Shown one piece after another: positions 1 to 8,918 of a stretch of 64,000 bases of DNA. The stretch's first letter is position 1. Every line of letters starts with the position of its first letter. The notes below the pieces were generated by a model that was given only the letters and a program-made list of their open reading frames with translations, was not told where the DNA came from and searched no databases. The position numbers were made by a program, and so were the translations under genes. The stretch is from Candidatus Onstottus frigus (GTDB lineage Bacteria; Acidobacteriota; Blastocatellia; UBA7656): the NCBI GenBank assembly GCA_038040445.1, contig JBBPIG010000007.1, positions 74,310-138,309 of the forward strand. The letters are read 5' to 3'.

Positions 1-2
1 AG

Positions 3-146
3 ATTCCGCCCCCGCTGTACGAGGAGTTCCTGTCCTCAAACGGCGACGCTGATCCGTCGGTGATCCCGGAGCCTGGGCAGGTGCTTACAGCGAAGTACTT
101 GTACTTTGACGATCGCGTGCCCGCGCTGAAATCAACCGAGTCTTGA
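3..146 (+). CDS. 3' end of an upstream gene of unknown function (partial, runs off window start)
   Basis: Open frame from window edge to TGA at 144-146, co-directional with the following antiporter gene. No recognisable motif. Confidence 0.3.
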   Translation: MPPPLYEEFLSSNGDADPSVIPEPGQVLTAKYLYFDDRVPALKSTES

Positions 147-168
147 ACGGTCCGCCGTCCTTCCGTCT

Positions 169-1428
169 ATGGCCAGCTTCAAGCTGCTAGTTCTCCAGAT
201 CGGGACCATCCTAATTGTCGCGCGTCTGGTCGGCTTGCTATTCAGCAAGCTTCATCAACCGCGCGTGGTTGGCGAAATGGTCGCCGGAATTCTGCTGGGA
301 CCTTCGCTGCTGGGATGGCTGGCGCCAAACATATCGTCCGCTCTCTTTCCGCCTGAAAGCCTTGGACATCTGAATTCGCTGAGCCAGGTAGGGCTCTTGA
401 TATTCATGTTTCTGGTGGGTCTCGAGCTTGATCTAACGCACCTTCGAGAACTGGGCCGGGCGGCAGTGATGACCAGCCAGGTCAGCATCATCGCGCCGTT
501 CATCCTGGGCTCTCTGTTTGCGGTTTATCTTTATCCAAGATTATCCGACCCAAGCGTTAACCTCACTGGGTTCGTTCTGTTCATGGGCGCGGCCATGAGC
601 GTCACGGCATTCCCGGTTCTGGCTCGTATTCTGACTGAACGCAATATGCTACGCACCAGGGTTGGCTCGGTAGCGATTACCTGCGCGGCGGTAGATGACG
701 TCACGGCATGGTGCATTCTTGCGGTCATAACGGTCATGGTCCGTTCGTCGAGCTTAGAACTTCCAGTATGGTTGACGATGAGTGGGCTGGTGGCATTTGT
801 CCTGGTGATGGTGCTCGCGGTGAGGCCCGCCTTGCGCAAGCTCGAGATGGTCTATGAAAAACGCGGCAATTTAACACAGGACCTGATTGCCATAATTCTG
901 TTGGTAGTATTGGCCTCAGGTTGGATAACAGAAACTCTGGGGGTCCACGCTTTGTTTGGCGCCTTCCTGGCCGGAGTGGTGATGCCCAGACACCCGGAAT
1001 TATCTCGCGAGCTTTCGCAGAAATTCGAAGCACTCATAGTTGTGCTGTTGCTCCCAATCTATTTTGCGCTTACCGGGTTGCGATCCAGTTTTTTCCTGAT
1101 CACCGGCGCGAGCATGTGGTTCTACTGCGGCGTGATCATCGTGCTGGCTGTTGTTGGTAAATTGGGCGGCTCGATGTTGTCGGCAAGAGTGAACGGAATG
1201 TCGTGGCGCGAGTCTGCCGCGGTTGGCGTTCTGATGAACACTCGCGGGCTGGTGGAATTAGTGATCCTCAATATTGGTCTCGATCTTGGCATCCTCTCGC
1301 CGGCGCTATTTTCGATAATGGTGTTGATGGCTCTGGTCACTACATTGATGACAACGCCGCTGCTGAGATGGGTCTACCCGGAAGGAACCTACACCCTGGA
1401 AAAAAACCCTGGAAGGGTGAAGGCATAA
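169..1428 (+). CDS. Cation:proton antiporter, CPA2 / Kef-type Na+(K+)/H+ exchanger family
   Basis: 419 aa, ~12 TM helices. N-terminal 'VVGEMVAGILLGPSLLG' and 'GLELDL' motifs are typical of the CPA2 sodium/hydrogen exchanger family. Confidence 0.85.
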   Translation: MASFKLLVLQIGTILIVARLVGLLFSKLHQPRVVGEMVAGILLGPSLLGWLAPNISSALFPPESLGHLNSLSQVGLLIFMFLVGLELDLTHLRELGRAAVMTSQVSIIAPFILGSLFAVYLYPRLSDPSVNLTGFVLFMGAAMSVTAFPVLARILTERNMLRTRVGSVAITCAAVDDVTAWCILAVITVMVRSSSLELPVWLTMSGLVAFVLVMVLAVRPALRKLEMVYEKRGNLTQDLIAIILLVVLASGWITETLGVHALFGAFLAGVVMPRHPELSRELSQKFEALIVVLLLPIYFALTGLRSSFFLITGASMWFYCGVIIVLAVVGKLGGSMLSARVNGMSWRESAAVGVLMNTRGLVELVILNIGLDLGILSPALFSIMVLMALVTTLMTTPLLRWVYPEGTYTLEKNPGRVKA

Positions 1429-1659
1429 AGCCACGGGTGAGTCCGCGAACCCGTGATTAGGGGCGAGCAGGACAACGAACCCACAAAGTGGGTGGCGGCC
1501 GTTAGGACTAATTTTCTCTTGAGCCGTTGAGACGGGCGTAGGGGACGTCGTGTCGAATGATTGCGTCTAGTGATCGCATTGGCCGTCACCCTCTGCGAGG
1601 GTTCGGGGGACTGCCGATGCGTGCCCACGGGTTCGCGGACTCACCCGTGGCTTTATGCC
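1422..1659. mobile_element. MITE-like element: 34-bp perfect terminal inverted repeats flanking ~170 bp of non-coding DNA
   Basis: 1422-1455 'ggcataaagccacgggtgagtccgcgaacccgtg' is the exact reverse complement of 1626-1659. Each arm is itself a hairpin (cacggg...cccgtg). No ORF inside. The left arm overlaps the antiporter stop codon. Confidence 0.45.
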
Positions 1660-1840
1660 GTCATCCCTTCGGGATTCAACGGCAAAAAATCTAACGCGCC
1701 CCACTGTTGCGCCCCAGCGTTGCCCGATCCCTTGATTTGGCATATGGTGTTGGCGCGATATTCCCCCTGTTGCTTCGGCGGCAGGGTGCGGGGCCGTAGC
1801 CGACACCGGTTGCGGCCCCTGCTTTTATGAGCGTCAGTCT

Positions 1841-1874
1841 GTCACGCTTTAGGTTCTGTCACGCTTTAGGTTCT
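1841..1874. repeat. Perfect tandem duplication of a 17-mer 'gtcacgctttaggttct', 35 bp upstream of the DUF433 gene
   Basis: Direct sequence inspection: 1841-1857 equals 1858-1874. Confidence 0.8.
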
Positions 1875-1909
1875 TGCTAGCCGAACCATAGACCGGTAGA
1901 GTCGTAGCC

Positions 1910-2146
1910 ATGCGATATCAGGACATCATTACCATAGACCCGGGCATGCGCGGGGGGAAGCCGTGCATTCGCGGCATGCGGATCACGGTCTACGATATTT
2001 TCAGCTACCTGGCGGCGGGGATGAACGAGAAGGAGATCTTAGAGGACTTCCCGTGCCTGACTGCCGAAGACATCCAAGCGTGCTACGCGTTCGCAGCCGC
2101 CCGCGAGGGACAGGCTACAGTGGCTCACAGTGAAACTTCTATGTGA
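1910..2146 (+). CDS. DUF433-family small protein (antitoxin-like partner of DUF5615/Mut7-C PIN-like toxins)
   Basis: 78 aa; 'DPGMRGGKPCIRGMRITVYDI...EILEDFPCLTAEDIQACYAFAA' matches the conserved DUF433 core. Ends in ATGTGA, the usual antitoxin/toxin overlap. Confidence 0.7.
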   Translation: MRYQDIITIDPGMRGGKPCIRGMRITVYDIFSYLAAGMNEKEILEDFPCLTAEDIQACYAFAAAREGQATVAHSETSM

Positions 2147-2174
2147 CCATAACCTGTCGCCTCTACTCTGTTGA
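2130..2174 (+). pseudogene. Truncated remnant of a DUF5615 (Mut7-C-like) toxin gene
   Basis: GTG at 2130 overlaps the DUF433 stop and encodes 'MKLLCDHNLSPLLC*'. This resembles the DUF5615 N-terminus (M-K-[FL]-L-x-D-E-N-L-S-P), but a stop follows after 14 codons. Confidence 0.3.
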
Positions 2175-2269
2175 GGCGGCTCGCTGATCGGCACCCGACT
2201 CCTCGCGAGTGTTTGCACAGCCTGTACCGTAGGCTTGAGCGCCTGTCCGGCTCTGGTTATACTCCCGGT

Positions 2270-2506
2270 ATGAAAACGGCGGTATCAATACCCGACGACG
2301 TCTTCGAGAAGGCCGAGCGATTGGCGCGCCGGATGAAGAAGTCTCGAAGCGAGTTGTTCAGCCGGGCGCTGGCTGAGTATGTAGCTCGCCATGCGCCAGA
2401 TCATGTGACGGAATCAATGAATCAGGTCTGCGACGAGATCGGTGGTGAACCGGATCCGTTCCATTCGGCGGCGGCCCGGCGCACGCTGGAGCGCGTCGAG
2501 TGGTGA
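2270..2506 (+). CDS. Ribbon-helix-helix antitoxin (MazE/CopG-like)
   Basis: Internal ATG at 2270 gives 'MKTAVSIPDDVFEKAERLARRMKKSRSELFSRALAEYV', an RHH signature. The stop overlaps the start of the MazF-like gene. Confidence 0.65.
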   Translation: MKTAVSIPDDVFEKAERLARRMKKSRSELFSRALAEYVARHAPDHVTESMNQVCDEIGGEPDPFHSAAARRTLERVEW

Positions 2507-2844
2507 TCTCTCAAGGAGACATCTGGTGGGCAGATCTTCCGGACCCAACTGGATCCGGGCCTGGATTCCGCAGACCAGTCGTTGTTGTGCAGGGAGACTC
2601 ATTCAACCGCAGCCGGCTCGCTACGGTTGTTTGTGTTCCGCTTACAAGCAACACCAAGTGGGCCGAGGCTCCGGGCAACGTTCTGCTGTCAGCTCGATTG
2701 ACGGGGCTCCCAAAAGAATCGGTCGCCAACGTCACACAGATAGTCAGCTTGGATCGAACGCTGCTCACCGAGCGCTCAGGTAAATTGCCGCGAACGAAGC
2801 TTGCTTTGGTGTTATCCGGAATAGACGTTGTGCTGGGCAGATAG
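2500..2844 (+). CDS. mazF: MazF/PemK-family endoribonuclease toxin
   Basis: 114 aa; 'QGDIWWADLPDPTGSGPGFRRPVVVVQGDSFN...ATVVCVPLTSN' is the canonical PemK/MazF N-terminal signature. It overlaps the upstream antitoxin. Confidence 0.85.
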   Translation: MVISQGDIWWADLPDPTGSGPGFRRPVVVVQGDSFNRSRLATVVCVPLTSNTKWAEAPGNVLLSARLTGLPKESVANVTQIVSLDRTLLTERSGKLPRTKLALVLSGIDVVLGR

Positions 2845-3177
2845 GCACTGAGCAGATCTCAGGCAAACGGGGCTACGAGCTTGCGCCTGAAGGCCCGGAC
2901 TACGAACTTTCTTCATCGGAGTCTTCGCGTTGCAAATCAGGTGAGTTGCAGTATAATCCCGGTCGGCTCAGAGCTGGCGGTGTATTTATCACAGTCCGGC
3001 TGCTCGATCGTGTTGTTCATACTGCCTAATCACCGTATCATTTTGCGGTCCTTAATCCGGCAACTGGATCACGCGATCTAATCACAGTGTTCCGATTAAG
3101 TGGGCCATTTTAGAGTAATGCAGCCAGGTTGTGAGAATAGAATGCTGTAAGCGCTTTTCGAGACAGGGAGGACCACG

Positions 3178-4161
3178 ATGAAAGTGTTCATCAGTTGGAG
3201 TGGAGAGCGTAGTCAAGCTTTAGCGCAAACGCTCCGTGACTGGCTGCCACTCGTGCTCCACTACGTTGAACCGTGGCTGTCGGAGGCGGACATCGCCGCC
3301 GGGGAACGGTGGGCGGAGGCTGTCGCAAAGGAACTAGAGGCTTCGAATTTCGGCATCATCTGCGTTACAAGCGAGAATGTCGGTTCCCAGTGGGTTCTAT
3401 TTGAGGCCGGTGCGCTTGCGAAGTCGATGCAAGGCAGCAGAGTGATTCCACTCCTACTAGACTTAGAGTTTCGGGACATCACCGGTCCACTAGCACAGTT
3501 TCAGGCCAAGAAGGTCGAGAAATCCGGTCTGAGTGAGGTGGTTCACTCCATTAACAATGCCGCGAGCCAAGCCGTTCCTGAAGCGCGTGCTAAGCAATTG
3601 TTCGATGCCCTCTGGCCAGAGTTCGAGAAGACAATCACGTCGATACCCAAGGAAGCGTCCGCCACAAAGCATACCCGGCCTCAACACGAAGTACTTGAGG
3701 AGCTCGTCGCAAGCGTGCGCTCTCTCGATTCTCGCTTCCGCGATATTTCGGAGGAGTCACCGCGACAGATGCGATCTCGACGGTTCAAGTTTCATCCCTT
3801 CATGTTACGGGAGTTCGCTGAAATGGTGGGGGAGAAGCCAGGCGATCCGATACTGCTGCTGATTGCGGCGAGCATGTTTCGCGAGGATGCACCGTGGCTC
3901 TACGAACTCGGCATCGAGGCATACCGTGCTGCCAAGAGTGGCGTGCCTGAAGAAAGCGAGCGTACGCTACGCCGTTTCCAACGCGCCGCAGAGCTCATGG
4001 AGCGCGGCCCATTTGCTGAGGAGATGGGCCTCGATCTTAGGGGCACCCATATGATCATGAGAGAGTTAAGACATTTCTTCCCGAGCGAATCAACTGCTGA
4101 TGAGGAGAGCAAGGCAAAGAGCAGACGCAAGAAGGAAGAGCAAGAAGACGAGGGCTCGTAA
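3178..4161 (+). CDS. TIR-domain protein (N-terminal bacterial TIR, C-terminal ~160-aa helical domain of unknown function)
   Basis: 'MKVFISWSGERSQALAQTLRDWL...SEADIAAGERWAEAV...GIICVTSENVGSQWVLFEAGAL' fits the TIR pattern (FISYS-like strand, D-I-x-x-G-x-W, I-x-V-x-S-x-x-x-x-S-x-W). GGGAGG RBS lies 7 nt upstream. Charged KAKSRRKKEEQEDEGS tail. Confidence 0.7.
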   Translation: MKVFISWSGERSQALAQTLRDWLPLVLHYVEPWLSEADIAAGERWAEAVAKELEASNFGIICVTSENVGSQWVLFEAGALAKSMQGSRVIPLLLDLEFRDITGPLAQFQAKKVEKSGLSEVVHSINNAASQAVPEARAKQLFDALWPEFEKTITSIPKEASATKHTRPQHEVLEELVASVRSLDSRFRDISEESPRQMRSRRFKFHPFMLREFAEMVGEKPGDPILLLIAASMFREDAPWLYELGIEAYRAAKSGVPEESERTLRRFQRAAELMERGPFAEEMGLDLRGTHMIMRELRHFFPSESTADEESKAKSRRKKEEQEDEGS

Positions 4162-4251
4162 CCGCACAAACTGAGGGGCTGCGTGATTGGGTTGCGCAGC
4201 CGACCGCCCGCGACGGAGTTCGTAGGACCCTGGAGTACTAGGAGACGACAT

Positions 4252-5847
4252 ATGGGGTTGCGCTTCAATCTTGAGCAAGCAAGCCTTGTTGGATGGCTTA
4301 CGCGTCGGGACTTCCCACCTCCAATCGATGAGTTGGACTGGAGACATTGGCCCGAACCTTGGGATCGGCACTTTCGTCACCGGCGACGGCATCGCGCTCT
4401 CGAACAAAGTGAAGAAGGGGGAGGGCAAGTCTGGCGCGCACCGCGGGTTCAAATACGCGTCCTTGGGGACTTTCTTAGAGCACTGCCAGATTCGGTTGTG
4501 ACTTCACAGCCAGAAGATCATGCGATTCTTCGTGAGCTCGCTACCAAGTCTCGACATGCATTTGCATCCATCGAGGAGAACGATCGAGACGCGGTCGTCT
4601 CCTCCAACGACGTCGCGCGCATTCTTGCTCCACTACGCCCTTGGTTCGACGTGCCCTTTTACTTTTTGCCGCTCGGAAGTCAAGTTCCCTTCGAGCGTTT
4701 CCGAGACTCAACGGACTACACAATGTGGCTTCGTTGCGAGGACAACAGACCTGGGACAATCACAAGAGACCTACTTGATCCGTTTCCGGCAATTAGGCAG
4801 TTGTTCACAGCTAATATACCAGCGACCGTATGTTGGACGTGGAGCGGGGATACAGTCGTCGTATCGCAAGAGAGTGCCTCGGTCGAAAGACTACTGGAAA
4901 TGGTTCGGCATAGTCCACCGTGGCGCCTTTGGTCGGAGCTAAAGGGCCTGCACCAATCCGAAGCGCCCGCATTCAATCTTCTACAACTCAGCGATCTGCA
5001 CTTCGGAGCGAGCGCCGTGACCAATACGAAACTCGCTTACGTCGAGCAGCACTTGCGCGACCGTATTGACGCGGTTCGAAGTACCGGAGGTGTCGTTCAA
5101 CCGGTTATCACTGGCGACCTAATGGACACCCCGAGCAAGAAGAACCTGGAGGAATTCAAGGCGTTTAGGAATCGGCTCACTGATAATTCGAAAACAGAGG
5201 TCATCTGTATTCCGGGAAACCACGACATGCGCAAGAAGGGCTTTCTCTGGAAGAACTGGGAGGCACTGGCTGGTCTAGAGTGGAACAGTGTTGTCGCAAG
5301 CGATGTATGCAAAGTTGTCTTTCTATGTTTTGATACGTCACGCGATGCGAAGCTCGCTCAGGGTCGAATAGCTGACGATCAGTTCCTCGAGGTGGCGACA
5401 AGGCTCACGGAGCTACGTCGAAGAGGGAATTACTCCGACTATATCAGCGTCGCGCTGACGCATCATCATCCGTTTTCCACACGTGATGATGAGATTGACA
5501 CCTTGCCATTTCTAGGGATTCGAGAGGAGCGATTCCTGCGAATGGAGAACGGCGATCATCTAGTGCGCTGGTGCGCAAGCAATAGCGTGCCCCTAATTCT
5601 TCACGGTCACAAGCACAAGCCAAGATTTGTCGGTCAGGAGATTGAATTCGAGGGCCGTACAAGATTGGTTCGAGCGGTGGGCTGTGGTTCTAGCTTTGGA
5701 ATTGAAGGTAAGCCACTATCGTTTAATTGGATCACTTGGCAACCGGCCATAAGACAGTGGACCGTTTCATTCTTCGCCGATCCTGGTGATGGCAGTGGCT
5801 TCCAGGAGAAGAGGCTGGCGATTGGAGCGCAACCGGCTCTCCCGTGA
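4252..5847 (+). CDS. Calcineurin-like metallophosphoesterase with ~250-aa N-terminal domain of unknown function
   Basis: C-terminal half carries the ordered MPP motifs: 'LSDLHFG' (D-x-H), 'GDLMD' (GD), 'IPGNHD' (GNHD/E), 'LTHHHP' (H), 'LHGHKHKP' (GH-x-H). AGGAGA RBS precedes the ATG at 4252; an alternative in-frame ATG lies at 4183. Confidence 0.7.
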   Translation: MGLRFNLEQASLVGWLTRRDFPPPIDELDWRHWPEPWDRHFRHRRRHRALEQSEEGGGQVWRAPRVQIRVLGDFLRALPDSVVTSQPEDHAILRELATKSRHAFASIEENDRDAVVSSNDVARILAPLRPWFDVPFYFLPLGSQVPFERFRDSTDYTMWLRCEDNRPGTITRDLLDPFPAIRQLFTANIPATVCWTWSGDTVVVSQESASVERLLEMVRHSPPWRLWSELKGLHQSEAPAFNLLQLSDLHFGASAVTNTKLAYVEQHLRDRIDAVRSTGGVVQPVITGDLMDTPSKKNLEEFKAFRNRLTDNSKTEVICIPGNHDMRKKGFLWKNWEALAGLEWNSVVASDVCKVVFLCFDTSRDAKLAQGRIADDQFLEVATRLTELRRRGNYSDYISVALTHHHPFSTRDDEIDTLPFLGIREERFLRMENGDHLVRWCASNSVPLILHGHKHKPRFVGQEIEFEGRTRLVRAVGCGSSFGIEGKPLSFNWITWQPAIRQWTVSFFADPGDGSGFQEKRLAIGAQPALP

Positions 5848-5893
5848 GTAGCTGAAGCAGTTTTCGTTTGGGCGCAGAGGGTCAATTCAAAAC

Positions 5894-6487
5894 ATGAGCA
5901 GCTGCACCTCAAATACGAAGAACGATTCGTCGTTCTGTAAGCAGCCGACTATTGGTCCGCATCTTGGAACACTGGAGGCGGTCGTCCAGAGCTACCGCGA
6001 AACGTGCCAATCGCGCTTGGAGGCCCAACTACGTACTTTCGGCGACGAACCCACACTACAGTCTGCGGTGGCGCGGGCGGCTCTTGCTGAGACGCCCGAT
6101 GGAAAGCGATACTCGCACCAACGCCGGATCAAGCGGGTGGTTCTACGAGAGATGCGGCGCCGACTTTTGGAAATCGGCTTTAGCAAGTTGCGTAGCTTCG
6201 ACGAAATCCACAACGCTGTTGACCAGGCGATCGGATCGATTCGTGGTGTTGGCGACTTGCTGTTGTATGATACCGCACTCCGTATCGGCGCAAAGCTCGG
6301 AATTATGCCTGACCGCGTATATCTACACAGCGGCACGAGGCGCGGCGCTCGCGCCCTCGGGTTGCCGTCGAAGCGCCGATCAATCTCGATCGCGGAGCTA
6401 CCAGTTGCTCTTCGCGGTTTGAAACCGCACGAGATCGAGGACTGCCTGTGCATTTTCAAGGACGACTTCCAGGGCGCGGCTCCGTAG
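5894..6487 (+). CDS. Hypothetical protein, possible third gene of the TIR/MPP operon
   Basis: 197-aa ORF starting 47 nt after the MPP stop, same strand, coding-like codon usage. No recognisable motif. Confidence 0.4.
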   Translation: MSSCTSNTKNDSSFCKQPTIGPHLGTLEAVVQSYRETCQSRLEAQLRTFGDEPTLQSAVARAALAETPDGKRYSHQRRIKRVVLREMRRRLLEIGFSKLRSFDEIHNAVDQAIGSIRGVGDLLLYDTALRIGAKLGIMPDRVYLHSGTRRGARALGLPSKRRSISIAELPVALRGLKPHEIEDCLCIFKDDFQGAAP

Positions 6488-6696
6488 CAGGAACTTGTTG
6501 TGACTCCTTATTATGAGCGCCTCAGATCAAGCGTGGCTCTGCCCGGTAGGCAAGCGGCTTCGCCGCAAGCCGACTACCGGTTAGTGATACAAAGTCAGGA
6601 CAGGGCGTTACCGCTTTTCTTTTTCCTCCGCTATCAACTAGAATCCACCGCGCAATATCATTGAAGACTCGAAAGGCTTTCAGCGAACTTGGGTTT

Positions 6697-8169
6697 ATGG
6701 ATCACTCCATGTCAAAGATTAAGAACGTCCTCTTCGCGCTGTTAATCGCGTCACTGTCTCTGTCCTCCGTTGCCGCCGAAGACTGGTTGCAATTTCGCGG
6801 GCCTAACGGCACCGGGGTTTCTACGACTACGGGTCTGCCGACTGAGTTCGGCCCCGAGAAGAACGTCGTATGGAAGACGCCGCTTCCGCCGGGCCATTCC
6901 TCGCCCGTGCTGACGCGCAATCGAATCTTCATCACGGCGCACAGCAACGAGAAAGAGAACCATAAGCTGTTCGTCATCTGCCTCGACCGACAGACGGGCA
7001 AGCAACTCTGGCAGCGCGAAGTGCCTCGCACGCGAACCGGCCGCTTGGAGAACGTCAACGGGCCCGCCTCGCCAAGCCCGGTCACCGACGGCGAGAACGT
7101 CTATGTCTTCTTCCAGGAATTTGGGCTGGTCTCATTCGACGCCGCCGGCAAGGAAAGATGGAAGCTGCCTCTCGGACCTTTCAATATGTTCTACGGGTTT
7201 GGCGCGTCGCCCATCCTTATTGACGACAAGGTGATTCTGCCCATAGACCAGGACAACCCGAACTCATTCCTGATCGCGGTGGACAAGAACAACGGGCGCG
7301 TGCGGTGGAAGGTCGAGCGCCCCGGGGTCATCTCCGGCTACTCGACGCCCATCGTCTATCAACCGAAGCAAGGCGCGAAGCAGATCATCATCCCTGAATC
7401 GTTTCAGCTTTCGGCTTACTCGGTTGAGGACGGCAAGCGAGTCTGGTGGGTGCAAGGTCTAGCTTGCGAGATGAAATCGATCGCCAGCCACGACGCCGAA
7501 TACTTGTATGTAAACGGCTGGGGCTTTCCTCAGAATCAGCCCGGAGAGCAGGTCAAGACCATTCCCTTCGCCGAAGCGCTCGCAAAATACGACGCGAACC
7601 ACGATGGCCAAGTCGCTAAATCAGAAGTGACCGGCAAAGAGATGATGGACAAGATGCTGAGCGACGCGTTCGAAGCCTTTGACACGGACCGCGACGAGAA
7701 GCTCAACGAAAAAGATTGGGGCATCTTCCGCGCGATGCTGGCGGCCGAGAACGGATTGCTCGCAATCAAGCTCGGCGGCAAAGGCGATCAGACCTCGACC
7801 GCGATCCGGTGGCGATACACTAAACCGGTGCCTCAAGTGCCTTCGACGCTGCTCTACAAAGGCGTGCTGTACATGGTGAATGACGGCGGCATACTGATCT
7901 CGTTTGATCCGGCCACGGGCACCGTGATCAAGCAAGGGCGGCTCACGGGCGCGATCGACAAGTACTTCTCGTCGCCGGTCGGAGCCGATGACAAGGTGTT
8001 CCTGATCGGCCAGGGAGGCGCGGTGTCGGTGCTGAAGGCCACCGGCGATTGGGAGATACTCAAGGTCAACCAGCTCGACGACGAATGCTTCGCGACACCG
8101 GCGATTGCCGACGGGCGGATTTACATAAGGACTCGAAGCGCGCTGTATTGTTTTGGCAGTAAGAGCTAA
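6697..8169 (+). CDS. Secreted PQQ-like beta-propeller repeat protein with an inserted EF-hand pair
   Basis: Signal peptide 'MSKIKNVLFALLIASLSLSSVAA'. Repeated 'DG.V...D..TGK.LW' PQQ-type blades. 'DANHDGQVAKSE' is a canonical 12-residue EF-hand loop; 'DTDRDEKLNEKD' is a second EF-like loop. Start could be 6661, 6697 or 6709. Confidence 0.7.
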   Translation: MDHSMSKIKNVLFALLIASLSLSSVAAEDWLQFRGPNGTGVSTTTGLPTEFGPEKNVVWKTPLPPGHSSPVLTRNRIFITAHSNEKENHKLFVICLDRQTGKQLWQREVPRTRTGRLENVNGPASPSPVTDGENVYVFFQEFGLVSFDAAGKERWKLPLGPFNMFYGFGASPILIDDKVILPIDQDNPNSFLIAVDKNNGRVRWKVERPGVISGYSTPIVYQPKQGAKQIIIPESFQLSAYSVEDGKRVWWVQGLACEMKSIASHDAEYLYVNGWGFPQNQPGEQVKTIPFAEALAKYDANHDGQVAKSEVTGKEMMDKMLSDAFEAFDTDRDEKLNEKDWGIFRAMLAAENGLLAIKLGGKGDQTSTAIRWRYTKPVPQVPSTLLYKGVLYMVNDGGILISFDPATGTVIKQGRLTGAIDKYFSSPVGADDKVFLIGQGGAVSVLKATGDWEILKVNQLDDECFATPAIADGRIYIRTRSALYCFGSKS

Positions 8170-8192
8170 GCAAAGAGTTAAAGGAAGAGTCC

Positions 8193-8675
8193 GTGACTGA
8201 AATCAAGAAGGAGACGAAACAATCTATGATCTGGGTGATGTTCGCTTTGGGCGCCGCGCTTTCGTGGGGTCTGTACGGACCCGTTCTGCACAAAGGACAG
8301 GTTGCGCTCGGCAATCCGTTCCGCGCGTTGCTCTGCGTAGGAGTCGCTTACTTTCTAATCGGCGTCCTGGTTCCGGTGATCGTGTTGGGAGCGCAGGGTG
8401 GGCTGAAAGACTTCAACAGCGGCGGCATAACGTGGGCGACGTTTGGCGGGGCGCTCGGAGCGGCGGGAGCGCTTTGCATCATCTACGCGTTCAAAGCTGG
8501 AGGCATTCCGACTTACGTGATGCCGCTGGTGTTCGGAGGCGCTCCGATCGTGAACGTGTTGTTCTCGATGTGGCAGCACCCGCCCAAGGCGTCGCCTAAC
8601 CCGCTGATCTATGTTGGCTTCGTTCTGGTGGCGATCGGCGCGGGATTGGTGTTGTACTTCAAGCCTCAGTCGTAG
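8193..8675 (+). CDS. Small integral membrane protein (4 TM, glycine-rich), unknown function
   Basis: 160 aa, four hydrophobic segments; weak resemblance to EamA/DMT half-transporters. Confidence 0.45.
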   Translation: MTEIKKETKQSMIWVMFALGAALSWGLYGPVLHKGQVALGNPFRALLCVGVAYFLIGVLVPVIVLGAQGGLKDFNSGGITWATFGGALGAAGALCIIYAFKAGGIPTYVMPLVFGGAPIVNVLFSMWQHPPKASPNPLIYVGFVLVAIGAGLVLYFKPQS

Positions 8676-8748
8676 GTCGATCCAATCGCATGAGTGAGAG
8701 CGAAATGCGCAGCAATGGATGGCGAAGCGGTTTCCGGGCTCCGGAAAT

Positions 8749-8896
8749 ACCCCAACTGAAGTTGGGGGACTTCGTCCTCCGTTGTCGTTCTTGTTTCATC
8801 CATCTCGCCCGCGAGATGGATGAAAAGTCTGGGGACCGAGATAGGCCGAGTTCCGACGTAGGTTGAACCTAACAATCCCCCAACTGAAGTTGGGGG
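8749..8896. repeat. Two copies of REP-like palindrome 'ccccaactgaagttgggg' (8749-8768 and 8876-8896) flanking a second hairpin (catccatctcg...cgagatggatg)
   Basis: Stem ccccaact/agttgggg. A third extended copy lies at 14190-14217 with a partial at 14231-14250. Confidence 0.6.
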
Positions 8897-8918
8897 GATT
8901 TCCAAAGTCCCGCGCGAC

